Positions 1 through 10,676 of a DNA stretch of 64,000 nucleotides are shown one piece after another. Numbering within the stretch: position 1 is the first letter of the stretch; every line of letters starts with the position of its first letter. The stretch comes from Limnobacter sp. (GTDB lineage Bacteria; Pseudomonadota; Gammaproteobacteria; Burkholderiales; Burkholderiaceae_B). The stretch lies in assembly GCF_046297615.1 (NCBI RefSeq), contig NZ_JBKBHM010000002.1, forward strand, positions 91,437 to 155,436, given 5' to 3'. The notes beneath the pieces were generated by a model, which saw nothing but the letters and a program-made list of their open reading frames with translations, was not told the origin of the DNA and did no database searches. Made by a program: the position numbers and the translations under genes.

Positions 1-118
1 GGGACTCACCCGGCAGCGGTGTTTCATCGATCGAAGGGGAGATGCACTGGAAGGGCAGGCGCAGACGTTCCAGCATTTCTCGGCGATAACGTGAGCTGGA
101 TGCCAGGATGAGTTGCAT
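1..118 (-). CDS. Maf-like nucleoside triphosphate pyrophosphatase, N-terminal fragment (gene runs off the window's left edge)
   Basis: The reverse complement from ATG at 118 reads MQLILASSSRYRREMLERLRLPFQCISPSIDETPLPGES, a typical Maf/YceF N-terminus. It sits divergent to yceD-rpmF, as in many proteobacteria. Confidence 0.6.
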   Translation of the reverse strand, partial: MQLILASSSRYRREMLERLRLPFQCISPSIDETPLPGES

Positions 119-202
119 GATGGCCTTGAAATTGCGGTTGAAATTTTGACATGGCGCGTTTAGCACGGTATTATCGCGCGTTTCGTCGCTTTTCTATTCT
201 GC

Positions 203-775
203 ATGCGGGCCAAAGCCTTTGAAAAAGATCTGCAGGAATTCGATGCTTGGTCCTTTTGCAAGACCGGTGGAATTCTGGGCAGCCAGGGGCATCTGCTGCA
301 GTTTCCGCGTCTGACCGACCCCTCTGGGCCCTTGTTGGGTGCCGAAGTGTCCGAATGGGAAGTTCGGGGTCGTGTGAACGCGAAATCCGAATGTGTTCTG
401 ACCTTCAGCGGTCACTTTGCCGCGCAGTTTCCTTGCGTGATTTGCAATGGCCCGGTTCATGATCAAATCCGGTTTTTTCGAAACCTGATCCTGAAAACTT
501 CGGAATCCGAAGCAGATGCCTATGATCAGGACGCCTTGGACGACGACACCGACGTGGTTTGCTGCGCAGGTGCTGTAAACTTACGCGATTGGTTAGAAGA
601 CGAAATGTTGCTGGCTTGCCCCATGTTTTCGCGTCATGAAACATGCGAGCATGTGGCCCAAAGTCAGCCACCCGAGATTCGCGCGCTTCAGGAGGACACT
701 GCTGAAGAACAAGCGCTTGACGTACAGCGTCCCTTTGCAAACTTGAGCGATCTGCTCAAGGCCCGCAAAAAGTAA
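203..775 (+). CDS. yceD: YceD/DUF177 family protein (large-subunit rRNA accumulation protein)
   Basis: 190-aa acidic ORF directly upstream of rpmF-plsX, which is the conserved yceD position. It has the C-terminal Cys/His cluster typical of DUF177. Confidence 0.75.
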   Translation: MRAKAFEKDLQEFDAWSFCKTGGILGSQGHLLQFPRLTDPSGPLLGAEVSEWEVRGRVNAKSECVLTFSGHFAAQFPCVICNGPVHDQIRFFRNLILKTSESEADAYDQDALDDDTDVVCCAGAVNLRDWLEDEMLLACPMFSRHETCEHVAQSQPPEIRALQEDTAEEQALDVQRPFANLSDLLKARKK

Positions 776-798
776 TTTAAATTGTTTGGAGCTCAATC

Positions 799-981
799 AT
801 GGCCGTTCAACAAAACAAAAAGTCCCCGTCCAAGCGCGGTATGCACCGTTCGCACCAACACTTGTCAGCGCCTACTTTGTCCGCTGACTCCGGTTCCGGT
901 GAAACACACCTGCGTCACCACATCAGCCCCAACGGCATGTACCGTGGAAAAAAGGTTGTTAAAACCAAAGCTGACGAATAA
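799..981 (+). CDS. rpmF: 50S ribosomal protein L32
   Basis: [19 protein letters not shown]... is the canonical L32 N-terminus. The ORF is 60 aa and precedes plsX. Confidence 0.95.
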   Translation: MAVQQNKKSPSKRGMHRSHQHLSAPTLSADSGSGETHLRHHISPNGMYRGKKVVKTKADE

Positions 982-1044
982 AACCAATAAAAAACAAACA
1001 GGCAACTGCAGTCTGTTGCCGTGAAACCATAAGGGCTAGAACGA

Positions 1045-2103
1045 ATGGTTCGCATTGCGATTGATTGCATGGGTGGAGACCACGGACTTTCCGTGACTGT
1101 GCCGGCTTGTTTGCGTTTCCTCAAGGAATTTGACGACGTCGAGCTCATCCTCGTCGGTCGTCAAGCCGAGGTGGAATCAGCACTCCAGCGCAAAAAGGCG
1201 CTGGAGCATCCTCGCATCACCATTCGACACGCCAGTGAGGTTGTTGCCATGGATGAGCCTCCCGCTCAAGCCCTGCGCAACAAAAAAGATTCTTCCATTC
1301 GCGTCAGTGCCAATCTGGTCAAGGAAGAGCTGGCCAGTGCATTCGTCAGTGCCGGTAACACCGGTGCGCTCATGGCTATTTCCCGTTTCGTGCTCAAAAC
1401 CCTGGACGGAATTGATCGTCCTGCCATTGCCTCATCGTTGCCCAACCAGAAAGGTTCCGGTACTTTGATGTTGGACTTGGGTGCCAACGTGGATTGTGAT
1501 CCAGAACATCTTTTCCAGTTTGCGGTCATGGGTTCCGCCTTTGTTCGTGCCACCGATTCGATTGACAAGCCCACCGTTGGGCTGTTGAACATCGGCGAAG
1601 AGGTGATCAAAGGCAACGATGTGGTCAAGCGCGCGGCCGAGCTGTTGCGCGCCAGCGAGCTGAACTTCTACGGCAACGTCGAAGGCAATAACATCTACGA
1701 AGGCACCACCGATGTCGTGGTGTGCGATGGATTTGTGGGCAATGTGGCCCTCAAAACCTCGGAGGGGCTGGCCCGCATGTTGGGCGACATCATCAAGACG
1801 GAGTTCAAGAAAGGCCTGTGGCCCAAGATTGCTGCGGTGTTTGCCGCGCCAGTGCTGCTTCGATTCAAAAAAAGGGTGGACCACCGCCGCTACAACGGAG
1901 CCGCCCTGCTTGGGCTTAAAGGGATTGTGATCAAAAGCCACGGTTCAGCCGATGCTTACGCCTTTTACCATGCGATCAAACGGGCTTACGACGCCTCCAA
2001 CTCCAGTTTGTTGGACAGTATTCGTACCACCATGTCGCACTATGCTGTGTCCAAGCCTGATTCAGCCGGAGAGGGAGAAGCATTGGCTTCAGCCGAGGCA
2101 TAA
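1045..2103 (+). CDS. plsX: Phosphate acyltransferase PlsX
   Basis: [14 protein letters not shown] start and 352 aa length. Synteny rpmF-plsX-fabH. Confidence 0.95.
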   Translation: MVRIAIDCMGGDHGLSVTVPACLRFLKEFDDVELILVGRQAEVESALQRKKALEHPRITIRHASEVVAMDEPPAQALRNKKDSSIRVSANLVKEELASAFVSAGNTGALMAISRFVLKTLDGIDRPAIASSLPNQKGSGTLMLDLGANVDCDPEHLFQFAVMGSAFVRATDSIDKPTVGLLNIGEEVIKGNDVVKRAAELLRASELNFYGNVEGNNIYEGTTDVVVCDGFVGNVALKTSEGLARMLGDIIKTEFKKGLWPKIAAVFAAPVLLRFKKRVDHRRYNGAALLGLKGIVIKSHGSADAYAFYHAIKRAYDASNSSLLDSIRTTMSHYAVSKPDSAGEGEALASAEA

Positions 2104-2119
2104 ACCAAAAAGTGTTTGA

Positions 2120-3097
2120 ATGCCTTCATACAGTTCTATCCTTGGCACGGGGTCTTACCTGCCGAGGAGGGTGGTTAGCAATCAGGCTTTAACTGATGAG
2201 TTGGCCGCCCGTGGCGTTGAAACCAGCGCCGAATGGATCAAAACTCGCACTGGTATCGAGCAGAGGCACATTGCAGCTGCCGATGAGAGCAATGTATTCA
2301 TGGCCACAGAAGCGGCCAAGCGTGCGTTAGCCAGTGCTGGGGCCGATGTTGCCAACGTCGATCTCATCGTCTTGGCCACCTCTACGGCCGATCAAATTTT
2401 TCCCTCAGCCGCCTGTGGTGTGCAAGCCGCCTTGGGCGCGCGCCGAGCCATGGCCTTTGATCTGCAGGCTGTGTGCAGTGGGTTTGTTTATGCGCTGACC
2501 GTGGCCAACGCCATGATTCGCTCTGGCCAGGTCGCCAATGCCCTGGTCATCGGTTCTGAGGTGTTTACCCGCCTGATGGACTGGAGCGACAGGACAACCT
2601 GTGTTCTGTTTGGAGATGGCGCCGGGGCCGTGTACCTTCAGGCCACCCCCGAGCCTGGCATTCTGGGCTGTGACCTGCATGCCAATGGCGAGCTGGGCTG
2701 TATTCTGAATGCGGACGGTCGCGTCGAAGGCGGACAAGTTGTGGGAGACCCTTTCCTGCGAATGGATGGTCAGGCTGTGTTTAAGCAGGCGGTGTCGGTG
2801 CTGGGCAACAGCGCTACAACGCTTTGCGAGAGCCTTAATTTTCCGCTGCAAAGCCTTGATTTCATTGTGCCTCATCAAGCCAACGTACGTATCCTGCAAT
2901 CCGTGGCCAAGAAGCTGAGCCTAAGGCCTGAGCAAGTGGTGGTCACGGTCGATCAGCATGGCAACACCTCGGCAGCTTCTGTGCCGTTGGCCTTGGACGT
3001 CGCCGTGCGTTCGGGACGAATTCAGAAGGGTCACCATGTGCTGTTGCAAGGCGTGGGAGGGGGCTTCACATGGGGAAGTGTCCTCGTTCGCATGTAA
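2120..3097 (+). CDS. fabH: 3-oxoacyl-ACP synthase III
   Basis: Active-site context AVCSGF, HQAN motif and GGGFTWG C-terminus. Position is in the fab cluster. Confidence 0.95.
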   Translation: MPSYSSILGTGSYLPRRVVSNQALTDELAARGVETSAEWIKTRTGIEQRHIAAADESNVFMATEAAKRALASAGADVANVDLIVLATSTADQIFPSAACGVQAALGARRAMAFDLQAVCSGFVYALTVANAMIRSGQVANALVIGSEVFTRLMDWSDRTTCVLFGDGAGAVYLQATPEPGILGCDLHANGELGCILNADGRVEGGQVVGDPFLRMDGQAVFKQAVSVLGNSATTLCESLNFPLQSLDFIVPHQANVRILQSVAKKLSLRPEQVVVTVDQHGNTSAASVPLALDVAVRSGRIQKGHHVLLQGVGGGFTWGSVLVRM

Positions 3098-3139
3098 AAT
3101 AGTGCCACAATAAATGACTAAATTCACATCCTCAAAAGC

Positions 3140-4081
3140 ATGAGTCAACGCATCGCGTTTCTTTTTCCCGGGCAGGGCTCCCAATCGGTGGGTATGCTGG
3201 GGGCATTTGCCGCAGCGCCGGAATATTCTGGCCTGCTTCAACAATTGGGTTCAACCGCCTCAAGTGCATTGGGTCAAGACTTGCTTGCCCTGATTGAGCA
3301 AGGCCCCGCAGAAACCCTGAATCTGACAGTGAACACCCAGCCGGCCATGTTGCTGGCTGATGTGCTGGTGTTCGAAGCCTGGAAGCTGGCTGGCGGTTCG
3401 CTGCCCGCGATGGTGGCAGGTCACTCTCTGGGTGAGTACGCTGCTTTGGTGGCCGCTGGGGCCATTACTTTGGATGCGGGGCTGCGCACAGTACGCGTAC
3501 GTGCCCAGGCCATGCAGGATGCAGTGCCGGTTGGTGAAGGTGGCATGGCAGCCATTCTTGGGTTGAGTGATGAGCAAGTGATTCAGGCTTGTGCGCAAGC
3601 CGTTGAGCGTGGGTTGGTGGCTCAGGCCGTTAACTTCAATGCACCCAGTCAGGTCGTGATTGCTGGATGTGCACAAGGCGTGAAAGTGGCCTGCGAAGCT
3701 TCGAAGGCCCTAGGAGCCAAGCGTGCCTTGGAGTTGCCGGTGTCTGCCCCCTTTCATTCAAGTTTGATGAAGCCTGCCGCAGACCGCCTTGCCGTGCATT
3801 TGGCAGGTGTTGAAATCAGCTCCCCAGCGTACCCTGTGGTCAACAACATCGACGTGGCCACGCCCTCAGTGCCGGAGCAAATCCGCGACGCTTTGGTGCG
3901 CCAAGCCTACGGCCCTGTGCGTTGGGTTGAAACCATTCAGGCCATGGAGAAAGCGGGAGCCACCTTGTTTGTCGAGTGCGGCCCTGGCAAAGTGCTGGCC
4001 GGTCTGGTCAAGCGCATCAGCCAAGTGCCTGTGGTCAGCATCAATGACCCCGCCAGTATTCAAGCTGCTTTGTTCGCGTAA
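3140..4081 (+). CDS. fabD: Malonyl-CoA:ACP transacylase
   Basis: FLFPGQGSQ and GHSLGEY active-site motifs. Confidence 0.95.
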   Translation: MSQRIAFLFPGQGSQSVGMLGAFAAAPEYSGLLQQLGSTASSALGQDLLALIEQGPAETLNLTVNTQPAMLLADVLVFEAWKLAGGSLPAMVAGHSLGEYAALVAAGAITLDAGLRTVRVRAQAMQDAVPVGEGGMAAILGLSDEQVIQACAQAVERGLVAQAVNFNAPSQVVIAGCAQGVKVACEASKALGAKRALELPVSAPFHSSLMKPAADRLAVHLAGVEISSPAYPVVNNIDVATPSVPEQIRDALVRQAYGPVRWVETIQAMEKAGATLFVECGPGKVLAGLVKRISQVPVVSINDPASIQAALFA

Positions 4082-4112
4082 GCGGACCGCCCAATTCAGG
4101 AGAATCTGATCC

Positions 4113-4859
4113 ATGTTTGATTTGAACGGCAAGGTTGCTCTGGTCTCCGGCGCAAGTCGGGGCATTGGGCGTGAAATAGCCATGACACTGGCCAAAGCTG
4201 GTGCTGTGGTCGTCGGCACCGCAACCTCGGAAAGCGGCGCAGCGTCGATCACCGAAGCCCTGCAAGGGCAGGGTTTCAAAGGGGTTGGCGCGGTCATGAA
4301 TGTGACTGACCCAGCCCAAGTTGAAGCGCTGTTTGAACGCATTGCGGCGGAATTCGGGCCTTTGGCCATTTTGGTCAACAATGCGGGCATCACCCGTGAC
4401 CAGTTGGCCATGCGAATGAAAGACGACGATTGGGATGCTGTCATTCAAACCAATTTGACGGCCAATTTTAGGTTGGCCAAGTTGGCCATGAAGCCCATGA
4501 TGAAGCAGCGTCATGGGCGGATCATCAACATCACTTCGGTGGTTGGCACCTCGGGTAATCCGGGGCAAGCCAATTACGCGGCGGCCAAAGCTGGTGTCAC
4601 GGGAATGACAAAAGCGTTGGCCCGTGAGCTTGGAAGCCGCAATATCACTGTAAACTGTGTCGCACCCGGGTTTATCCAGACAGACATGACTGATGCGCTG
4701 TCCGAGAATCAGGTGGAGCAGTTGAAACAACAAATTCCGTTGGGTCGGATGGGGCAGGTTGGAGACATCGCAGCAGCGGTGTTGTACTTGGCCAGTGACC
4801 AGGCGGGGTATGTCACAGGCACCACGTTGCACGTCAATGGCGGCATGTGGATGGGCTGA
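4113..4859 (+). CDS. fabG: 3-oxoacyl-ACP reductase
   Basis: SDR motifs: TGASRGIG-like GASRGIG, NNAG, YAAAK. C-terminus is HVNGGMWM. Confidence 0.95.
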   Translation: MFDLNGKVALVSGASRGIGREIAMTLAKAGAVVVGTATSESGAASITEALQGQGFKGVGAVMNVTDPAQVEALFERIAAEFGPLAILVNNAGITRDQLAMRMKDDDWDAVIQTNLTANFRLAKLAMKPMMKQRHGRIINITSVVGTSGNPGQANYAAAKAGVTGMTKALARELGSRNITVNCVAPGFIQTDMTDALSENQVEQLKQQIPLGRMGQVGDIAAAVLYLASDQAGYVTGTTLHVNGGMWMG

Positions 4860-4940
4860 TGGCCAGGCGGTGGAATAAGAAACGTCACATTGCTTGGTTA
4901 CACTCTTTCGATTTTTATTTAAACCCACGGAGGCTCCGTA

Positions 4941-5180
4941 ATGGAAAACATTGAACAGCGCGTTAAAAAGATTGTGGCCGAGCAGCTCGGCGTCAAAGAA
5001 GAGGAAATCAAGAACGAATCCTCTTTCGTCGATGATCTGGGCGCTGATTCCTTGGACACAGTGGAACTGGTAATGGCTCTGGAAGAAGAGTTTGAGACCG
5101 AGATCCCTGACGAAGAAGCCGAGAAAATCACGACCGTTCAACAGGCGATTGATTACGTCAAATCCAACTCCAAAGCCTGA
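4941..5180 (+). CDS. acpP: Acyl carrier protein
   Basis: 79 aa with the [12 protein letters not shown] phosphopantetheine attachment motif. Confidence 0.97.
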   Translation: MENIEQRVKKIVAEQLGVKEEEIKNESSFVDDLGADSLDTVELVMALEEEFETEIPDEEAEKITTVQQAIDYVKSNSKA

Positions 5181-5199
5181 TTTCGGCTTTGTGGTGTCC

Positions 5200-5225
5200 A
5201 AACCCGGCCTGAACAGGTCGGGTTT
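5200..5225 (+). terminator. Stem-loop between acpP and fabF (possible partial terminator or attenuator)
   Basis: aaacccgGCC-tgaaca-GGTcgggttt forms a roughly 10-bp stem with one G-U pair. It is followed by a T-containing tract. Confidence 0.35.
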
Positions 5226-5261
5226 GTTGCTATTGATACACGTAAAAACACGGGAGGGACT

Positions 5262-6500
5262 GTGAGCCGTAGACGTGTAGTAATTACGGGCTTGGGTATA
5301 GTCAGTCCGGTCGGTAACAGCGTGGATGAAGCCTGGAAGAACCTCGTAGAAGGTCGTTCTGGCATTTCAACCATTTCCAAATTCGATGTTGAGCCTTTGG
5401 GCGTCAAAATCGCGGGTGAAGTCCGCAATTTCGATGTGGCTCAATACATTCCGGGCAAGGAAGCCGGGCGGATGGATACCTTCATCCACTACGGGCTTGC
5501 CGCAGGCATTCAAGCGTTCAAGGACTCTGGCCTTGAAGTAACTGAGCTGAATGCAGAACGCATTGGCGTGAGCATTGGCTCGGGCATTGGTGGTCTTCCC
5601 ATGATTGAAGACACCCATTCTGAATTGATCAACAAAGGCTATCGCCGCATTTCCCCTTTCTTTGTTCCCGGCAGCATCATCAACATGATCTCCGGTCACA
5701 TGTCCATCATGCACGGGCTGAAAGGGCCCAACATTGCGATGGTGACGGCCTGTACCACAGGTACCCATTCGATTGGCGAAGCGGCCCGAATCATCAAGTA
5801 CGGCGATGCCGACGTGATGGTTGCCGGTGGTGCTGAGTCGACCGTATCACCCTTGGGCATTGGTGGGTTTGCGGCCATGCGGGCGCTTTCCACACGCAAT
5901 GACGACCCGGCGGCCGCCAGCCGCCCGTGGGACAAAGACCGTGACGGTTTTGTGCTGGGCGAGGGCGCAGGCGTGGTGGTGCTTGAAGAGTATGAGCATG
6001 CGAAAGCCCGGGGTGCGCGCATTTACGGTGAATTGGTTGGCTACGGCATGAGTGCAGACGCCAGCCACATGACGGCGCCCTGCGCTGACGGTGATGGCGC
6101 TGCGCGTTGCATGTCGGCTGCACTTCGCGATGCCGGCATGAATCCGCAGGACGTGCATTACCTGAATGCGCATGGCACCTCAACGCCGCTCGGCGACGTG
6201 GCTGAAACCATGGCCGTCAAGAGGGCTTTGGGTGACCATGCCTACAAGACCGTGGTCAATTCAACCAAGAGCATGACCGGTCACCTGTTGGGTGCTGCGG
6301 GCGGTATTGAGGCTGTGTTCACCAGCCTGGCCGTGTATCACCAAGTGTCGCCCCCCACCATCAACCTGCTGGAGGCTGGCGAAGGGTGTGATTTGGACTA
6401 TTGCGCCAACACTGCGCGTGACATGACCATCAAGCTGGCTTTGTCCAACTCTTTTGGTTTCGGTGGTACCAACGGTACTTTGGCCGTGGCTCGCGTTTGA
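5262..6500 (+). CDS. fabF: 3-oxoacyl-ACP synthase II
   Basis: GTG start preceded by GGGAGGGA. Motifs seen: [28 protein letters not shown]. Confidence 0.95.
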   Translation: MSRRRVVITGLGIVSPVGNSVDEAWKNLVEGRSGISTISKFDVEPLGVKIAGEVRNFDVAQYIPGKEAGRMDTFIHYGLAAGIQAFKDSGLEVTELNAERIGVSIGSGIGGLPMIEDTHSELINKGYRRISPFFVPGSIINMISGHMSIMHGLKGPNIAMVTACTTGTHSIGEAARIIKYGDADVMVAGGAESTVSPLGIGGFAAMRALSTRNDDPAAASRPWDKDRDGFVLGEGAGVVVLEEYEHAKARGARIYGELVGYGMSADASHMTAPCADGDGAARCMSAALRDAGMNPQDVHYLNAHGTSTPLGDVAETMAVKRALGDHAYKTVVNSTKSMTGHLLGAAGGIEAVFTSLAVYHQVSPPTINLLEAGEGCDLDYCANTARDMTIKLALSNSFGFGGTNGTLAVARV

Positions 6501-6900
6501 TTGTTGTTGACTGTGACCATTGACACCCTGGACCCTCTACCCCCTGAGTTTCTGGAAATCCAGATGGATCAATGGTCTGCAGTCCGCCGGTTGGCGGGCT
6601 GGGCGTTGGCTCCCTTGGGCATTCAGGTTGGCTTGCGTTCCAGACACCTGCGCTTTGAGTGGGGCGGTGGTTTGAGTCCCAAGCTTTTTGTTGCCCCGTC
6701 TCACCGTGCGTCAGTGTGGAGCAGAATCCGCCTGAACGGGTTCTGGTTCGTCGCAGGCCACACTTTTGTCTCCACTTCCCTAGGTCTTCTCCACGTCCCG
6801 GCCTCCCGGGGCGTGAGTGGTCGCCTGCGTTTGTTGTCCCGCCAATTCGAACGCCATGAGTCAAACACCTCATGGGGTTTGCGTGTCTGGGAGGGCTTGC

Positions 6901-7503
6901 ATGTCCTCCGATAAAGACGAAGACTTCCTGATTGTTCAACGGGTGCAGGCGGGTGATCAAAAGGCCTTCAACCTCTTGGTCTCCAAGTACCACAGACGGG
7001 TTGGGCGTTTGCTCAGCCGCATGGTTAAAAATCAGGAAGACATTGAAGAAGTCGTCCAGGAGACCTTCATTAAGGCTTACCGCGCGATTGGTAATTTCCG
7101 GGGTGACAGCGCTTTCTACACCTGGATTTACCGCATCGCCATCAACACGGCCAAAAACCTGCTCGTCAACCAGGGCAAGCGGCCAACCACCTTAAAAGAG
7201 GGGGTTGATGAGGATGGTGAAACTTTTGAAGACAATCTCGCTCTTAGCAACATAGACACGCCAGAATCGCTCTACCAAACGAAGCAGATCGGTGAGGCGG
7301 TCAATGCGGCCATGGAAGATTTGCCAGAGGACTTACGGACGGCAATTGTCATGCGCGAGATAGATGGTTTAAGTTATGACGAGATTGCTCAGGTTATGGG
7401 GTGCCCCATAGGCACTGTGCGGTCACGTATTTTCAGGGCGCGAGAGGCAATTGCCGAACGAATCAAGCCCCTGTTGGACCCCAAGGGGGGCAAGCGTTGG
7501 TGA
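6901..7503 (+). CDS. rpoE: ECF RNA polymerase sigma factor sigma-E
   Basis: Internal ATG at 6901 gives MSSDKDEDFLIVQRVQAGDQKAFNLLVSKY..., a sigma-70 region 2/4 ECF pattern. It is followed by an anti-sigma gene and rseB. Confidence 0.9.
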   Translation: MSSDKDEDFLIVQRVQAGDQKAFNLLVSKYHRRVGRLLSRMVKNQEDIEEVVQETFIKAYRAIGNFRGDSAFYTWIYRIAINTAKNLLVNQGKRPTTLKEGVDEDGETFEDNLALSNIDTPESLYQTKQIGEAVNAAMEDLPEDLRTAIVMREIDGLSYDEIAQVMGCPIGTVRSRIFRAREAIAERIKPLLDPKGGKRW

Positions 7504-7517
7504 AGGTTGGATTGAAC

Positions 7518-8165
7518 ATGAGCACTCAGGAAATGGTTTCCGCTTTGCTGGATGGCGAGCTGGACGATTCTCAGTTGGACGGGCTGTTGAGCCGATGGGA
7601 TACTGAGTGCGACGAAGTGTGGCGTACCATGGCTTTAACCGCTGATCTGCTGCGATCCACTGAACTGGCCCAGTTCGATGACGCAGGTTTCATGAGCCGG
7701 TTTGAGGCGCGTTTGGCCCAAGAACCCGTGGTCATTGCCCCGGAGGCCCGCAACAGGCTGCGGTCCCGTTTTTTGACTGGTGTTCGCCGCAACTGGCTGA
7801 ATGCCCGTGCAGTGGCCACTGTGGCAGCCGTCGGTTTTGTGTCGCTGGCTGTTCATCAGTTTGTGCCCACACTGGACAATCAATCCGTCGCGGCACACGG
7901 CCACGTGGCTGTCCAGCAGACGGTGTCAGACGATGAATTGGCCCTGTGGCAGGAATACTTCCTGGCGCACCAGCATTACGGTGCACGTGGTGGCTTGGCT
8001 GTGGTGTCTCCCATCGCTCGGGCTGAGGCTGAAAACCCACAATTTCAGGGCGGCCGGGCAAGCAGCGCCGCCCCCGACGAGTCGGCTGACTGGATGAATG
8101 TGTGGCAAGCCAACTCGACTGCATCGGCTGGCCCGCAGATTCGTCCGGCGGCTTTTGGGCAGTAA
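7518..8165 (+). CDS. Anti-sigma-E factor (RseA/MucA-like)
   Basis: MSTQEMVSALLDGELDD matches the RseA N-terminal motif. There is one central hydrophobic segment, and the gene lies between rpoE and rseB. Confidence 0.7.
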   Translation: MSTQEMVSALLDGELDDSQLDGLLSRWDTECDEVWRTMALTADLLRSTELAQFDDAGFMSRFEARLAQEPVVIAPEARNRLRSRFLTGVRRNWLNARAVATVAAVGFVSLAVHQFVPTLDNQSVAAHGHVAVQQTVSDDELALWQEYFLAHQHYGARGGLAVVSPIARAEAENPQFQGGRASSAAPDESADWMNVWQANSTASAGPQIRPAAFGQ

Positions 8166-8169
8166 ATCC

Positions 8170-9147
8170 ATGATCATGTCTGCCTTGAGAGTGTCTCTGT
8201 CGGCCGGTGTGCTTGCGCTGGTCACGCTTGTGGCCCCTGCGCATGCTCAGCCCGATTTGTGGGTGGTTCTTCTCCAAAGTCAGGAGCAGGCGAAGGCCCT
8301 GAATTACTCGGGTTTGCTGCTCAACCAGTCCGGCGAGTTTTCTCAATCCAGCAAGTTGCACCATCAAGTGACCCAGACCGGTGAGTTTGAGGTGCTAGAA
8401 CGGTTGGATGGTCAGCCTGCCCGCTGGATCCGTCAGAACGACGAGATTCAATGCGTATTGCCCGACCGAAAGTTGGTGCTGACCGAACGCCGGCAGAGCA
8501 GTGCGTCTTTGTTTCCACGGCTTACATCCCTGAAAGATTCAATTTCCGAGCTGGACAAGCTGTACACCATTTCCGAGTTGCCCTCTCGGCGCGTGGCAGG
8601 GCGTTCATCCCGAGTCATTCAACTTAAACCCCGGGATGACATGCGTTATGAGTACCGTTTTTATCTGGACCGTCAGAAAAGCCTGCTGATGCGCACTGAA
8701 CTCTATTCGTCTCGCGGTGATCTGCTTGAGCATGTGGGCTTCACCGAGATTGACTTTGAGCCTGATGAAACGCTCAAGCCCGAGAAGTTTCCTGCTGGCC
8801 AAGGCTGGAGGACGGCCACGACTGAAGTGGTTCCCGTGAAGGATGCTGAACTGGCTTACTCCCTGCCTGACATTTTGGCGGGTTTCAAAAGGGCCAGCAC
8901 CTTGTGCCGCATCAAGGGTTCGGACAAGCAGGTTCAACAGACCGTGTTCAGTGATGGCCTGTCGTCTTTGTCGGTGTTCGTGCAGCGGGCCCCCGACGGT
9001 CAGGCTGCACCCACTGCGCCGATGAGTCACGGTGCTGTGAATTCAAAATCCGAGGTTCAATCCCAGCACCGGGTGACGGTGATGGGTGAAGTGCCGGAAA
9101 AAACCATCAATTTATTCATGAAATCAGTGCGTTGGAAGTCCCAATAA
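8170..9147 (+). CDS. rseB: Sigma-E regulatory protein RseB/MucB
   Basis: Signal peptide MIMSALRVSLSAGVLALVTLVAPAHA. Length and position match MucB/RseB. Confidence 0.8.
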   Translation: MIMSALRVSLSAGVLALVTLVAPAHAQPDLWVVLLQSQEQAKALNYSGLLLNQSGEFSQSSKLHHQVTQTGEFEVLERLDGQPARWIRQNDEIQCVLPDRKLVLTERRQSSASLFPRLTSLKDSISELDKLYTISELPSRRVAGRSSRVIQLKPRDDMRYEYRFYLDRQKSLLMRTELYSSRGDLLEHVGFTEIDFEPDETLKPEKFPAGQGWRTATTEVVPVKDAELAYSLPDILAGFKRASTLCRIKGSDKQVQQTVFSDGLSSLSVFVQRAPDGQAAPTAPMSHGAVNSKSEVQSQHRVTVMGEVPEKTINLFMKSVRWKSQ

Positions 9148-9164
9148 GAATAAGGATCACATTC

Positions 9165-10610
9165 ATGTTTCAGATTCGACGTGTTGTACTGGGCGCCTGT
9201 TTGATGCAGGCCGTTGCCCTGACTGGCTTGACCATGGCCATTCCTGAGCCCGTTCAGGCCGCAGCCCGTGACCTGCCCGATTTTGCCGATTTGGTGGAGC
9301 GTGTTGGCCCTGCTGTGGTGAACATTCGCACCACGCAGAAAATGGCCGAGAACCCCCGGGGAGCGGTACCCAACATCCCGGGCATGGACCCCAATGACCC
9401 GTTTTTCGAATTTTTCCGTCGTTTCATGCCCCCTGGTGCGCAGCAGGCCCCTCGTGGCGGCCGTCAAGAGCGTGAGGTGCCCAGCGGGGTAGGGTCGGGG
9501 TTTGTCATTGATGCCGAAGGCTATGTGCTGACCAACCACCATGTGGTCGATGGTGCGGAATCCATCATCGTGACCTTTCCAGACAAGCGGGAATTCAAAG
9601 CCAAAGTGATTGGGTCGGACCAGCGCACCGACGTGGCTTTGGTGAAGATTGAAGGCAAAGGCTTTCCAACCTTGCGCATTGGCGATGTCACCAAGACGAA
9701 AGTAGGTCAATGGGTGGTGGCGATCGGCTCGCCTTTTGGTCTGGAAAGTTCAGTGACCGCGGGCATTATCAGTGCCAAAGGGCGGGACACCGGGGAGTAT
9801 TTGCCCTTCATTCAAACCGATGTGGCGGTGAACCCCGGTAACTCCGGCGGCCCCTTGTTGAACCTGGATGGCGATGTGATTGGTATCAACAGCCAGATCT
9901 ACAGTCGAACCGGCGGCTTCATGGGCATTTCTTTCGCGATTCCCATCGATGAAGCGATGCGTGTGGCCAAGCAATTGCGTGAAACCGGGAAGGTGAGCCG
10001 TGGCCGCATTGGTGTGGGAATCGGTGAAGTGGACAAAGATGTTGCCAAGGCACTGGGCTTGGCCAATGCTCAAGGTGCCTTGGTAGGCTCGGTCACCAAG
10101 GACAGTCCGGCTGACAAAGCCGGCGTGATTGCAGGGGACATCATTACTCGATTCGATGGCAAGAAAGTGGACAAAGCCTCTGATTTGCCGAGAATTGTTG
10201 GGGACACGAAGCCTGGTTCCAAGGTGACCATCACTGTGTGGCGTAAAGGGTCTGAAAAGACCCTGCCCATCACTGTGGCCGAGTTTGAAACGGACACTGC
10301 CAAGGCTGCTGCAACACCCAAAAAGCCTGAGCCTGCCGAGGCTGACCGCTTGGGCTTGTCGGTCACTGACCCAACCGATGCAGAACGCAAAGCCTTGAAC
10401 GCCACGGGCGGGGTTGTGGTGCGCGCTGTGCAAGGCGCAGCGGCTGCGGCAGGCATCAACTCGGGTGATTTGATCCTTCAGTTGGGGCGGCAGGACATTG
10501 CCTCGGCCAAACAATTCAATGAGGTAGTCAAAGGCCTGGCCAAAGGGCAACCCGTCCCGGTTCTGGTGCGCCGTGGTGACAACTCTTTCTTTGTGGTCGT
10601 GACCCCGTGA
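9165..10610 (+). CDS. Periplasmic serine endoprotease DegP/MucD (trypsin-like domain plus 2 PDZ domains)
   Basis: Motifs TNHHVV, DVALVK and GNSGGPL form the catalytic triad context. Two PDZ-like segments are present, and the gene follows rseB. Confidence 0.9.
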   Translation: MFQIRRVVLGACLMQAVALTGLTMAIPEPVQAAARDLPDFADLVERVGPAVVNIRTTQKMAENPRGAVPNIPGMDPNDPFFEFFRRFMPPGAQQAPRGGRQEREVPSGVGSGFVIDAEGYVLTNHHVVDGAESIIVTFPDKREFKAKVIGSDQRTDVALVKIEGKGFPTLRIGDVTKTKVGQWVVAIGSPFGLESSVTAGIISAKGRDTGEYLPFIQTDVAVNPGNSGGPLLNLDGDVIGINSQIYSRTGGFMGISFAIPIDEAMRVAKQLRETGKVSRGRIGVGIGEVDKDVAKALGLANAQGALVGSVTKDSPADKAGVIAGDIITRFDGKKVDKASDLPRIVGDTKPGSKVTITVWRKGSEKTLPITVAEFETDTAKAAATPKKPEPAEADRLGLSVTDPTDAERKALNATGGVVVRAVQGAAAAAGINSGDLILQLGRQDIASAKQFNEVVKGLAKGQPVPVLVRRGDNSFFVVVTP

Positions 10611-10652
10611 ATGGCTGGGATCGAGTAAAATAAAGAGTTTTCGAGATTCTTT

Positions 10653-10676
10653 GGGGGCAGCAATGCCCCTTTCTTC
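10653..10676 (+). terminator. Intrinsic terminator-like hairpin after degP
   Basis: ggggca-gcaa-tgcccc stem-loop followed by tttcttc, immediately before the lepA ATG. Confidence 0.4.

Noticed and set aside
4041-5201. 386-aa ORF on the - strand
   Set aside because: It is antisense to fabG and acpP, both of which are certain.
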